Assembly (NCBI RefSeq): GCF_031769215.1
Contig: NW_026782320.1
Coordinates: 1 to 64,000, forward strand
Source: Ylistrum balloti
Lineage: Eukaryota
Reading direction: 5' to 3'
Length of the DNA: 64,000 nucleotides
Shown: one piece after another, positions 52,401 to 62,331 of the stretch
Layout of the letters: the number at the start of each line of letters is the position of its first letter
Position numbering within the stretch: the stretch's first letter is position 1
The notes under the pieces: model-generated
The model's input: the letters and a program-made list of their open reading frames with translations, nothing else
The model's database searches: none
Told to the model about the DNA's origin: nothing
Program-made: the position numbers and the translations under genes

Positions 52401-55400
52401 TAATAGTCTATTACAACAAACACGTAGTGTCCTGACGGTAAAGGTCCTAGCAGGTCTATCGAGAGATCCTGCCATGGTCCTGATGGCATAGGGGTCGGCG
52501 ATATGGGCTCGGGCCGTGGCAATGAACTTACCACTTGACAGCCATGACATGACTTGACATAAGCCTCTACGTCCTTATCTAAAGTTGGCCACCACACTTT
52601 AGTTCGTAGCTGTTGCTTTGTAGCGACAATACCAAGGTGTCCCTGGTGAGCTAATTTAATACATTCTGTTCGTAACACTGCTGGAATAACTAATCGTGTT
52701 CCACGTAACAGCAGGTACCCTATCTGGGACAGTTCATCTTTTACCGCATAATACTTTACACATTCCTTTTCCCACTGGTCTGCAGATAAAGCCTTTCTCA
52801 CCAGTGTTAGCTCGGGATCAGACTTGGATTTTTCCTCCACCTCACGAGTTGTCATTGCTTTTGGGGTGCTTCTCTCTGCCACAGCTCTGACATAATGCTC
52901 TGTTTCTGTTTGTAGATCTGTTACACCACTGTGTTTCCTTTTCACAAGTCGCGACAATGCGTCAGCAATGTTCTGTTTACCAGGTTGATACCTAATACGA
53001 AAATTGTAGGGCATCAGTCTCATAACCCACCGTTCAATACGCGCGTTAGGTTTGGATTTTGGACCATACAGTATTTCCAATGGTTTGTGGTCTGTCACCA
53101 GCTCAAAATCAATGCCATACAGGTATATGTGGAACTTTCCACATGCCCAAACCACTGCTAAGGCCTCCTTTTCTGTGGTTGAGTACCTTCTTTCAACATC
53201 AGTCAGTGTACGACTAGCATAGCTGATAACTTTGGTCTCGCCTTCAGATTCCTGAACGAGTACAGCCCCTAAACCTACATCACTCGCGTCAGTCACAAGT
53301 TGTGTTTTTGTTGCGTCTAATCGGAAATGTCCCAATGTATCTGCGTTCACAAGGCTTTCCTTTAATGCTCGAAAACAATCCTCCTGTTCCTGTCCCCACA
53401 AAAACTTTACACTGGACTTGGTAAGTCGTCTCAAGGGTTCAGACAATGTAGCCAAGTTTGGAATATAGCGAGCACTAAAGTTGACAATGCCTAAAAAGCT
53501 TCTCACCTCAGATGCACTTTGTGGCCTCTGAGCCTCAATAATGGCCTTTGAACGATCGGATGTCGGCGCGATTCCATTTTTTGACAATACATGACCCATA
53601 AATGTGATCTTGTCCATTCCCCACTCGCATTTCTCCTTGTTCAGAGTTAAGTTCTTTTCCTGCAGTCTACACAATGCTTTCTCTAGCCTTTGATCATGTT
53701 CATGTTTATCCCTGCCATGAACCACAATATCATCGGATATATTCTGAACCCCTTCACAATCATGAAATGTCTGTGATATGATTTGTTGATACTTCTCTGG
53801 TGCTGAACTGATACCAAACATCAGCCGCTTATACCTGTATAATCCTTGATGCGTCACAAATGTAGTTATCTCCCTTGATGAATCTTCTAATTCTATCTGG
53901 TGATATCCATACTTCATATCTAATTTGCTGAACACTGTACTCCCATTCATATTGTACAGTATCTCGTCCACAGTGGGTATTGGGTGTCTCTCACGGACTA
54001 TAGCTTGATTAGCCTGTCTCATATCCACACATATCCTGATATCGCCATTAGGTTTTGGGACAACTATTACCGGGCTAACCCACGGCGTTGGGTCATTCAC
54101 CTTCTCGATAATGTCCTGATCCTCAAGTTCATCAAGTTTAGCACCGACTTTCTCTCGTAGACTGTAAGGAATCCTATACATAGGTTGTGCCACCGGTTTT
54201 ACAGATGGATCAATATGAAGCTTCAATTTGAAGTCATTCAGCTTCCCAATTCCTCCAAAACATGACTTGTACTTATCCAATATATCATCATGGACTGAGT
54301 AGATTTTCAGCACTCCGAGATCTACTGCCGTAGCCCTCCCTAATAAAGCCGAACCTGTGCCATCAAGTACATAAAAGGCAGCCTCAATTTCATCATCACT
54401 TCCGTCAACAGACACCGTAGTAATAAATTTGCCAAGTAACGATAAAGGTTTATCTGCTCCATATGAACACAGCCGTTTGTCAGTTTTCTCTGAACGACAC
54501 ACAATCTTTCTTTTCTTTAAGTCCTCCCATGTAGGCTTGTCAATGATATTGACTGTCGCTCCACTATCCACAACCATATCAACTTTGTGACCACCAACCA
54601 TGAACGAAAGTCTGTCTGCATCTGTGTGTTGTACACTAAATGCATACTCTGCCTCTGACTCTACACAGTTCACTTTACCTTTGACCTTTGACAATGTTGA
54701 CCTCTCTGCCTTTAGGCAACGTGGTTCCTTTGTTTTACAGCATGCACGAAAATGCCCCATCTTACCACACTTATTGCACTTTTTGTTTTTCGCTGGACAG
54801 CCTGAATCTTTCGCGAAATGACCTTCACGTCCACATCGAAAACATAAAGCCTTTGTGCTACTACTTGTTGACCGTTTTGTGTCCTTTTGTTTCACAAAGT
54901 TTATCTGATTGACTGAGCTTAGAGGAGACTCCATTTTCTTAGCCTGGACATCTGCCATTTCCATTGTAGCCGCGATTGTGCGTAATTGATCAAGTGTCAA
55001 TTCCTTCCCCTTTTCCAGACATTTGGTTCTAAGTTTATGAGATTTACATTTTTCTATTATTTGATCCCTTATTTGTTCCTCAATGTTCCCAAATTCACAA
55101 AGAACTGCTTGTCTTCTGAGTCTGGTGATGAATTGTTCGATAGACTCGTCTTCCTGACACATTGACCGAAATACATACCGTTCGTATGGCACGTTTATTT
55201 TTGTTTCAAAATGTTTACTCAGTGTGGCTACCGCTACAGCATACTCATCACCTCCCTCCGCCTCTGTTAGCGTGAAATAGATGTCTTGAACTGGTACACC
55301 TGCACAGTGTAGTAATAACGCTTTCAACTGTTTCTTGTCTGTTACACCCTTGCCAGTGGCAAATAAATCGAAACTACGAAGCCATCGCTTCCATTCCTGC

Positions 55401-58400
55401 TGTAAATGACCTGGGTCACCATGTGCGTTGAACGGCTCAATACCATTCAGGTCGATCGAAGACATTTTCACAAATGACAGTTCGTATTTCTTACATACAC
55501 CAGTTCTTGATACATTTACTAACGTATTCGCAATATCCTCGTCACCAGATTGTCGTGTCGAATTGAATCAGAGCCCGAATTGAATCATAACACACAAAAC
55601 TGGTCTCGTTCAATGGCCGCCTGTTTTAATAATACTGCCCGGATGTTTCACAAGAACGATAACTCCACACATAAGACAATCAGAGTTATTTCCCATTACT
55701 CTACATCTAAACACTACACATCGTGACTTACTTTCGATATGAATCCACGAAAAAATCGTCTACAAGGAGGGTCATCAGACTGGACACAGTCTTCATGGGT
55801 AGTGATGCAAGGTATTCATACTTAAACACCTTGTTCTGTGCTTCAACACCATTGTTGGTGTTTACAACCAGAGTGAGACCATCTCCTCTATAGGCCCACA
55901 CCCACATCTTTAAAACAGAGGAAATTAGAATAAACTAAAAATATTTCAAAACTGGCATGTATCTACTCATGTTGAGGATTATTAATCAAAGATCAGCTAA
56001 AAATCATGTGATCTGTGGAATTTGTCATGATAATCAAGAAATGTCTCAAGCAGAAGGCTTCTACTTGGATGTATGAAAGTATGGAAAGACAGGTAAATCA
56101 AAAACAGCATCTGGAGTTACTGTTATCGCTATAATTCACAGTCTTAGGCTTCTTATGATATACAGTAATCATAATAGTCAAACTCTTTTCGGAGCAGATC
56201 AAGTTACAAACTCCTTAACTTGTCCTTCCGTACCAAATACTCGTGGCAACTTCATTTCGCGTTTTCAAAGTCTAATTGGGCCAATTTAATTTTGTGACCG
56301 TCCAAGTTAAAATCACTCAAGCGTATTGGCTTCGGTAAATACCTGTCATATTGAAACTATTTCACAGCAATTAATTTTTGCAAATTTTCATTCAACGGGA
56401 AATTAGCGAAAATAAATCGCACACGAAAATGTTTGTTTACAGTATATCATTGGTCTACACTGCCTAGCTACAGAGGTAATGAATAGTATAAGTATCCCTT
56501 ATTTACTACAATGTATACAAAATTATATTGCTGTGCTTCGATCTTTTATTAATTAATATTACCTTGTGTTTATCATTGGCTAGCCATTGCCCATTGATAT
56601 ATTGACGAAGCTTTGGCTGACTCTTCCATATTTCACTGTCATGAAGGTTCTTCAAATTCTTGTTGAAATCAGCTTCAGTAAATGACTCTGCCACTGACTA
56701 AAACATAAAATTTTCTCTCAAATCAACATTTGTTAATAAACCCTAAGCTCTGTCCTAAATTAGATATGTGTACATGATATTTACATGTTGAATTAATTGC
56801 TGATCTATTCAGGCATAAACTTACATTTAATAACTCTGAAGTTTGATCTTGACTTGTCACATCATGCTTTGAGGCAACCAACCATCTGTGCCAGGCTTGT
56901 TTTCTATGAAAGTCGCATATGAAGATGTTTGAACCTGTTAACATATTAAAGATAATAATGTTACATTTCAGCTTTAAATTTATTTCTGTTATTTAAGACT
57001 ACATGCAACAGGATCTTCCTGCAGCTTCTTTATTATTCCAGTTGCCACTTACAATGTCTATGAAAGCAATCTAAGTCTTACAGGACATGTTTTTTTGTTA
57101 AGAAAAAAACAACTCTTTTTTATTATATTCCTGCCTGACATACAGGCACAATATGGAAAAAGTTAGGTCACATGAATGTTCACACCTAAGATAAACATAA
57201 AACTGACCTGGGAAAACATTCTGAATGGCATTTGCTTCTACCTCAGAGGAATCTATCATGAAACCTTTACAGGTCCAGTTTGGATTGTTATCCTTGATGA
57301 CTTGTAAAGCTTCTGCTACTGAGATGGAGTCTTCTCTTTCTGTGATGAAAGCACCAACAACACAGAAGCCATCATTTGTCTGAACACACAGAAAAAACAA
57401 TGGCAATGCATACTTTGTGGTTCTGTATGTGGCATCCAGATACACAAGCTCCTTTCCATACCGTGAAAGCAATCTTCTCTGCCAGGAAGACTGGTAAATG
57501 ACTAGGAAAGACTGATCTTCATTTACAACAAAGCAGCCACCATCCTCTTCAAAGTCATCTTCAATGACAGGACGCTTCACAAATGATGACTTTCGGAAAG
57601 TCCACATGTCATCTGGACGCTCCTCTTGCCACACACGTATTTTCTCTTCCAGGTCTTCCTGGTCAATCAGGCTGTGCAATGTTTTGCGCCTCTGCCGATA
57701 TATAATTTTTCTGAGGTCATCTTTGCTTGGATAAAATCGCCGATTTGTGACTCTGGGCAACTCTCGGTCTTTGAAGAGATCTTTTATGTAGATCTTAAGG
57801 TGTCGATGCATTTCTTTTGGATTATAGACCCCTTCATCTACAAGCTTACAAATTTTCTTCAGAACTCTTTCATCAATTGGGGATTTTAAATCAGCAGCCT
57901 ACAAGAGGACAAAGTACATCACATGACATAACAATAACTATACTAGCAAACTACCAAAGTCAGGAAGGGCCCCGCTGGCTGCTTTTGTCTCACATAATCA
58001 AAAATCGTTATAAAATGTACTAACGGAAAGGTTTTGTCACAAGGAACAGTGATATCAAGTATGAAAGCCAGATAGAACCAGCGAATGATGTGAGAGAGTG
58101 TATATCTGGTAGTACCTGTTGTAATATTGAAATGACAACAGATAGAACCGGACAATGATGTAAGATAGTGTAGATCTGGTGGTATCTGTTGTAATATTGA
58201 AATGACAACAGATAGAACCAGACAATGATGTGAGAGTGTAGATCTGGTGGTATCTCTTGTAATATTGAAATGACAACAGATAGAACCAGACAATGATGTG
58301 AGAGAGTGAAGATCTGGTTGTATCTGTTGTAATATTGAAATGACAACAGATAGAACCAGACAATGATGTGAGAGAGTGTAGATCTGGTGGTATCTGTTGT

Positions 58401-61400
58401 AATATTAAAATGACAACAGATAGAACCAGACAATGATGTGAGAGAGTGTAGATCTGGTGGTATCTGTTGTAATATTGAAATGACAACAGATAGAACCAGA
58501 CAATGATGTGTGAGAGTGAAGATATGGTGGTATCTGTTGTAATATTGAAATGACAACAGATAGAACCAGATAAAGGTGTGAGAGAGTGTAGATATGGTGG
58601 TATCTGTTGTAATATTGAAATGACAACAGATAGAACCAGACAAAGGTGTGTGAGAGTGTAGATATGGTGGTATCTGTTGTAATATTGAAATGACAACAGA
58701 TAGAACCAGACAATGATGTGAGAGAGTGTAGATCTGGTGGTATCTGTTGTAATATTGAAATGACAACAGATAGAACCAGACAATGATGTGAGAGAGTGTA
58801 GATCTGGTGGTATCTGTTGTAATATTAAAATGACAACAGATAGAACCAGACAATGATGTGAGATATTGTAGATCTGGTGGTATCTGTTGTAATATTAAAA
58901 TGACAACAGATAGAACCAGACAATGATGTGAGAGAGTGAAGATCTGGTTGTATCTGTTGTAATATTGAAATGACAACAGATAGAACCAGACAATGATGTG
59001 AGAGAGTGTAGATCTGGTGGTATCTGTTGTAATATTAAAATGACAACAGATAGAACCAGACAATGATGTGAGAGATTGTAGATCTGGTGGTATCTGTTGT
59101 AATATTAAAATGACAACAGATAGAACCAGACAATGATGTGAGAGAGTGTAGATCTGGTTGTATCTGTTGTAATATTAAAATGACAACAGATAGAACCAGA
59201 CAATGATGTGTGAGAGTGAAGATCTGGTTGTATCTGTTGTAATATTAAAATGACAACAGATAGAACCAGACAATGATGTGAGAGTGAAGATCTGGTGGTA
59301 TCTCTTGTAATATTGAAATGACAACAGATAGAACCAGACAATGATGTGTGAGAGTGAAGATCTGGTGGTATCTATTGTAATATTAAAATGACAACAGATA
59401 GAACCAGACAATGATGTGAGAGGGTGTGTAGATATGGTTGTATCTGTTGTAATATTAAAATGACAACAGATAGAACCAGACAATGATGTGAGAGAGTGTA
59501 GATCTGGTGGTATCTGTTGTAATATTGAAATGACAACAGATAGAACCAGACAATTATGTGAGAGAATGTAGATCTGGTTGTATCTGTTGTAATATTGAAA
59601 TGACAACAGATAGAACCAGACAATGATGGGAGAGAGTACAGTAGATCTGTTTTAATATTTAGATGATAACTTATAGAATATTTTTTGTTTAATCATTGAT
59701 ATATTGCATTTTATATAGAAATGTACATATGATTGAATTATCCAAAGAGAATATTCTATTTCTTTTGTAATTGCATTTTCAAAAATGATTAATATAAATT
59801 ACAAGTATGATTGTTAGCTTTTTACAAGAATATATAACACATATATATGGCCTATACTTGATACTTACCATTCCCAGGATGTGATTTTTGTGTTCCTTTG
59901 GGAGATCTATATATATGACTTTGCGTTGTTCAACCTGCTCATAGCAGGATGAATGAAGGTCATTTCTCAGTTTTGTTGACATACCTTCACGCCAGTACCT
60001 TGTATCCTGTGGAACCTAGCAAAATTGAATGGATCAAAATGTATACTCAACATCAAAAAGTAGATATTATTCAATGACATTATCTATTTTTGACAAAATG
60101 ACTGGGGATCATGTCAGTGCTACAAATATGTATTGGTATTACTAGATATTAGTATGTAAGATGTATTAGGTTAGACAGAAATATTGGAATTTAGGAAAAA
60201 TGTTGGCAATGTAAAAAAAATCACAAATGAATTGCATTGATACCCGGTAATTGAAATATGTATCCTTACCACATTTTTTTTTAAATTAAAGTTTTGATGG
60301 TGATTAATTTTTGATTTTCTTCACTTTTACTGACAACTACCAGAACTGTTAAAGACAATTTGATACCTTGTACTGGTCGAAATGAATGACTTCCCTCATT
60401 ACTATAGCCGCAGGACATCCTTTTTTTTGTACCTGTCAGCCTCTTCCTGCTTGACAGCAAGCTATAGCCATGTTCTCCCACCTGGCTTTGATTGGTGTCC
60501 TAAAAAAGTATGTCATCAATGAGGTTATACTCTGACCCTTAAATAAGTCTAACCTCCACATGATTGTTCTTACATTACTTTATTTAATTGTTTGTTAAAA
60601 AATGTATAATATAAACTAATCCAACATAATGAAATTGATATTGATTTGCTTGTAATAGAAAATGTCTTACTTTTGTTTTTTTGGTCCTGTGCTGACGGCC
60701 TTGATGACATTCCATCAGTTTTAGGCCCACTATCATAAAAGGTGCACCATTTGATGGAATGTCACACTGGTGGGCAACCTTTCCTTCATTTTTGAATCGA
60801 ACAAAATGGTCTTCAACTCCATTAAGTTCTGCAGACAGTAAATATACATTACAAAATACATATATATACACCAAACTGTTACTTCACTATTGTTTAACTG
60901 CATGATTTAACTTCCTTAAGCAGAAGTTCTCTGATGAGTTGGTACAAATACATATTAGTAGATAAATATTGTACTTACTAAATGTGTATGTGAAACTTCC
61001 CCTTGATCAAGACAACAAATTTTATATATGTATTAAAAGATATCTTTAAACGCTACCTCACATTAAAATTCTCATGGTGACTACAAACCTTAAATACACT
61101 TCATAACAGAAACTTCATGTATACAAACCCTGATCCTGTCAGAAAATTTGTTTGTTGATCGAATCACATAACAGTGCACATGTAGACTAAGGACTACGGT
61201 ACCTAAAAGTACTGGGAATGTATTCCTGATGTTACATGTTTGTCTTGAAATGGTGTACACTTCTGTCCTCAGAATATCAGAAATTTATCACAGTCCTCAA
61301 TATTCCTATCATTTCTACTTGAATGACTTACCAAGACTAAAATGTCCAAAATTCTTCGTACATCTTGTCACAGAGTACGTAGTGGATGTCTGGTAGCAGA

Positions 61401-61509
61401 ATTCACGAATAATGTCATTGCAGTCCTCAGGATCAGAAACCTGGCCATGGTAGGGGTCAGTAACATGATCAGCATCAAAATACTGTACCCACGGCAATTG
61501 TTCCGACAT
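37484..61509 (-). CDS. Multi-exon MULE-family transposase-like protein with CaRF-like N-terminus, DDE core, SWIM, Ulp1/C48 protease and PHD finger (about 1330 aa or more)
   Basis: Hand-built GT-AG exons: 61509-61332, 60828-60671, 60499-60367, 60015-59869, 57898-57208, 56934-56825, 56697-56563, 55907-55732, 49220-48442, 47057-46971, 46065-46006, 45858-45800, 45364-45314, (unresolved gap), 44491-44261, 44033-43920, 42254-42192, 41892-41744, 41331-41200, 40783-40635, 39968-39848, 37762-37484. Motifs LDATY, MIDSS, CDFH, NNGVE, CEC..LPCKH, NHW/LDS/QKDGNACG, PHD C4HC3. One +1 frameshift in an A8 run at 60421-60428. Confidence 0.8.
37958..39155 (+). mobile_element. Nested non-autonomous Helentron/HINE-like repeats in the last intron (inner copy about 38343-39078)
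   Basis: AACAAGAG and AAACTAGA starts, GACG/GGAC tracts and terminal hairpins (GCCCCTG...CAGGGGC). Confidence 0.6.
39263..39829 (-). mobile_element. HINE-like element with internal tandem repeats of about 124 bp
   Basis: Minus strand starts AACAAGAGGCCC; subterminal GCTCACCTG inverted pair; GACG tract near the 3' end. Confidence 0.7.
40053..40596 (+). mobile_element. HINE-like element, same family as 39263-39829, opposite orientation
   Basis: AACAAGAGGCCCATGGGCC start; GGTCATCTGAC/GTCAGATGACC inverted pair; GACGG tract; TAAAAA end. Confidence 0.72.
42556..43570 (+). mobile_element. HINE-like element with two internal repeats of about 167 bp
   Basis: AACAAGAG start, duplicated core 43160-43490, (GACG)n tract, terminal hairpin and ATAAAAA. 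Confidence 0.68.
47880..48331 (+). mobile_element. Degenerate HINE-like repeat(s)
   Basis: AACAAGAG/AACAAGAAG starts and GATGACCTAAAA end as in the 40053 copy. Confidence 0.45.
51009..55718 (-). mobile_element. Gypsy-5: intact full-length Ty3/Gypsy (Mag-like) with 168-bp LTRs and TSD CATCG
   Basis: LTRs 51009-51176 and 55551-55718 differ at 1 position; TSD at 51004-51008 and 55719-55723; PBS TGGTGACGAGGAT (tRNA-Ser-like); PPT from 51177. Confidence 0.97.
51485..55471 (-). CDS. Gypsy-5 Gag-Pol polyprotein (1328 aa), uninterrupted
   Basis: CFRCGREGH, VDSGA, ISDD, TDAS/TDHKPL, H2C2, SDNGPQF, NGEVERQN in one frame. Confidence 0.97.
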   Translation of the reverse strand: MKMSSIDLNGIEPFNAHGDPGHLQQEWKRWLRSFDLFATGKGVTDKKQLKALLLHCAGVPVQDIYFTLTEAEGGDEYAVAVATLSKHFETKINVPYERYVFRSMCQEDESIEQFITRLRRQAVLCEFGNIEEQIRDQIIEKCKSHKLRTKCLEKGKELTLDQLRTIAATMEMADVQAKKMESPLSSVNQINFVKQKDTKRSTSSSTKALCFRCGREGHFAKDSGCPAKNKKCNKCGKMGHFRACCKTKEPRCLKAERSTLSKVKGKVNCVESEAEYAFSVQHTDADRLSFMVGGHKVDMVVDSGATVNIIDKPTWEDLKKRKIVCRSEKTDKRLCSYGADKPLSLLGKFITTVSVDGSDDEIEAAFYVLDGTGSALLGRATAVDLGVLKIYSVHDDILDKYKSCFGGIGKLNDFKLKLHIDPSVKPVAQPMYRIPYSLREKVGAKLDELEDQDIIEKVNDPTPWVSPVIVVPKPNGDIRICVDMRQANQAIVRERHPIPTVDEILYNMNGSTVFSKLDMKYGYHQIELEDSSREITTFVTHQGLYRYKRLMFGISSAPEKYQQIISQTFHDCEGVQNISDDIVVHGRDKHEHDQRLEKALCRLQEKNLTLNKEKCEWGMDKITFMGHVLSKNGIAPTSDRSKAIIEAQRPQSASEVRSFLGIVNFSARYIPNLATLSEPLRRLTKSSVKFLWGQEQEDCFRALKESLVNADTLGHFRLDATKTQLVTDASDVGLGAVLVQESEGETKVISYASRTLTDVERRYSTTEKEALAVVWACGKFHIYLYGIDFELVTDHKPLEILYGPKSKPNARIERWVMRLMPYNFRIRYQPGKQNIADALSRLVKRKHSGVTDLQTETEHYVRAVAERSTPKAMTTREVEEKSKSDPELTLVRKALSADQWEKECVKYYAVKDELSQIGYLLLRGTRLVIPAVLRTECIKLAHQGHLGIVATKQQLRTKVWWPTLDKDVEAYVKSCHGCQVVSSLPRPEPISPTPMPSGPWQDLSIDLLGPLPSGHYVFVVIDYYSRYYEVDITKDISSERMIDALENMFARYGLPVSITSDNGPQFVSALFEEFLCDNGIHHRRVTPLHPAANGEVERQNRSIMKRIRIAHAESRDWKKDLRTYLLAYRGTPHAVTGVSPAELMFGCKLRNKVPQLDVHRNETIEEGVRDRDWFAKVKNKLYIDEKRGAKESDLVEGDQVLVKQSRNNKLSSPFNPTPFKLQRKVGNQCTLVSPEGVEYKRNSTHVKKYVQSPESLVESKSTTATSESESLTMSDNNVSKQDKADDDVMHRSTNDGMESNLSHQVEIPRSRPVREKTKPKRFDDFEMT
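58070..59649 (+). repeat. 70-bp hairpin satellite, about 22 units (array 2), in an intron of the MULE-like gene
   Basis: Unit GATCTGGTGGTATCTGTTGTAATATTGAAATGACAACAGATAGAACCAGACAATGATGTGAGAGAGTGTA; 18-bp inverted arms (2 mismatches) around a 12-nt loop. Confidence 0.97.
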
Positions 61510-62059
61510 TCTATTATGTTTTGAGAAAATTAACCCGCAGATATCCCAGAATAAATATAAAAGCTACTTGAAGCAGTAGAAACACAATATTTCTTAACTG
61601 TTTTTAGTTCATAAGTTATATATATTGAGGTATCTAGAACACACAATACAGTTATGATGCAATCAATACAAGATTCTTGTAATATTAGGACTAAAAGGAT
61701 AATGGTCATTTACCAATAATATTCCATCACTATTAAGGATAGAAGGATATTAAATGACCACTAATCGGTAAAATTTATATAAAATTAGAGAAAAATAGAT
61801 AATGATCACATGTCAGTCACATTCCTGTAGTATAATGGTTCGCCTCACGGGCCTCGCCTCACTTCTACTTATTGCAATACTCATTCACCTCAATTAAGTC
61901 CTCTCTAAATGTAACTTAAAGTCAGCCAATATATTATGCTGTACACAAAGAAAGAAATTATCCGTGTCGATGTTTAGTTAAAAAAACGAAGCTCTTGTAG
62001 AGTTAAATACCACGCCGGCTAGCTATACATGTATGTAGATACGATAACATACATATATT

Positions 62060-62300
62060 TATAAACCGAAAGTAAATCACTGCGCATGTAAGTTGATCAA
62101 ACCGAAAGTACAACACTACGCATGTGCATTGATTACACTTCCTGTTCTGGTGCTATCTGTTGTAATTTTCCCCGTCCCGTTGCAAGGAGGTCTCTATAGG
62201 CCTTTCCGATAACTATGTTATCTCCCCCTGTTTTTCTTACTTTTGCCGCGAGGCGGCGCTAGAATTAGTTTACATGTTCTACTTCCGGGGGCTATGGCTT
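62060..62300. promoter_or_regulatory. Putative bidirectional promoter region between the MULE-like and THAP genes
   Basis: AAACCGAAAGTA...CACT.CGCATGT duplicated at 62063 and 62099; ETS-like ACTTCCGG at 62281; genes diverge on either side. Confidence 0.35.
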
Positions 62301-62331
62301 CAGTGACAACGAGTGATAAAAAAACGTAACG

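Noticed and set aside
678-54912. Many 60-150 aa plus-strand ORFs overlapping pol and transposase genes
   Set aside because: Antisense shadows of minus-strand coding sequence, with no motifs of their own.
4171-55550. tRNA-like 3' ends at 4171, 8831, 14559, 32199 and 55538
   Set aside because: Only 11-16 nt of complementarity next to LTRs: primer binding sites, not tRNA genes.
57943-59623. Long ORFs (up to 347 aa) in the satellite, and those at 36523-36982
   Set aside because: They are translations of a tandem repeat cycling through frames, with no domain evidence.
58070-59649. CRISPR-like appearance of palindromic 70-bp repeats
   Set aside because: Inter-hairpin segments are near-identical rather than unique spacers, there are no cas genes, and the context is a eukaryotic intron; it is a satellite.
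60421-60428. Programmed frameshift in the MULE-like gene
   Set aside because: A single extra base in an A homopolymer is more simply a sequencing error or mutation; there is no other support.
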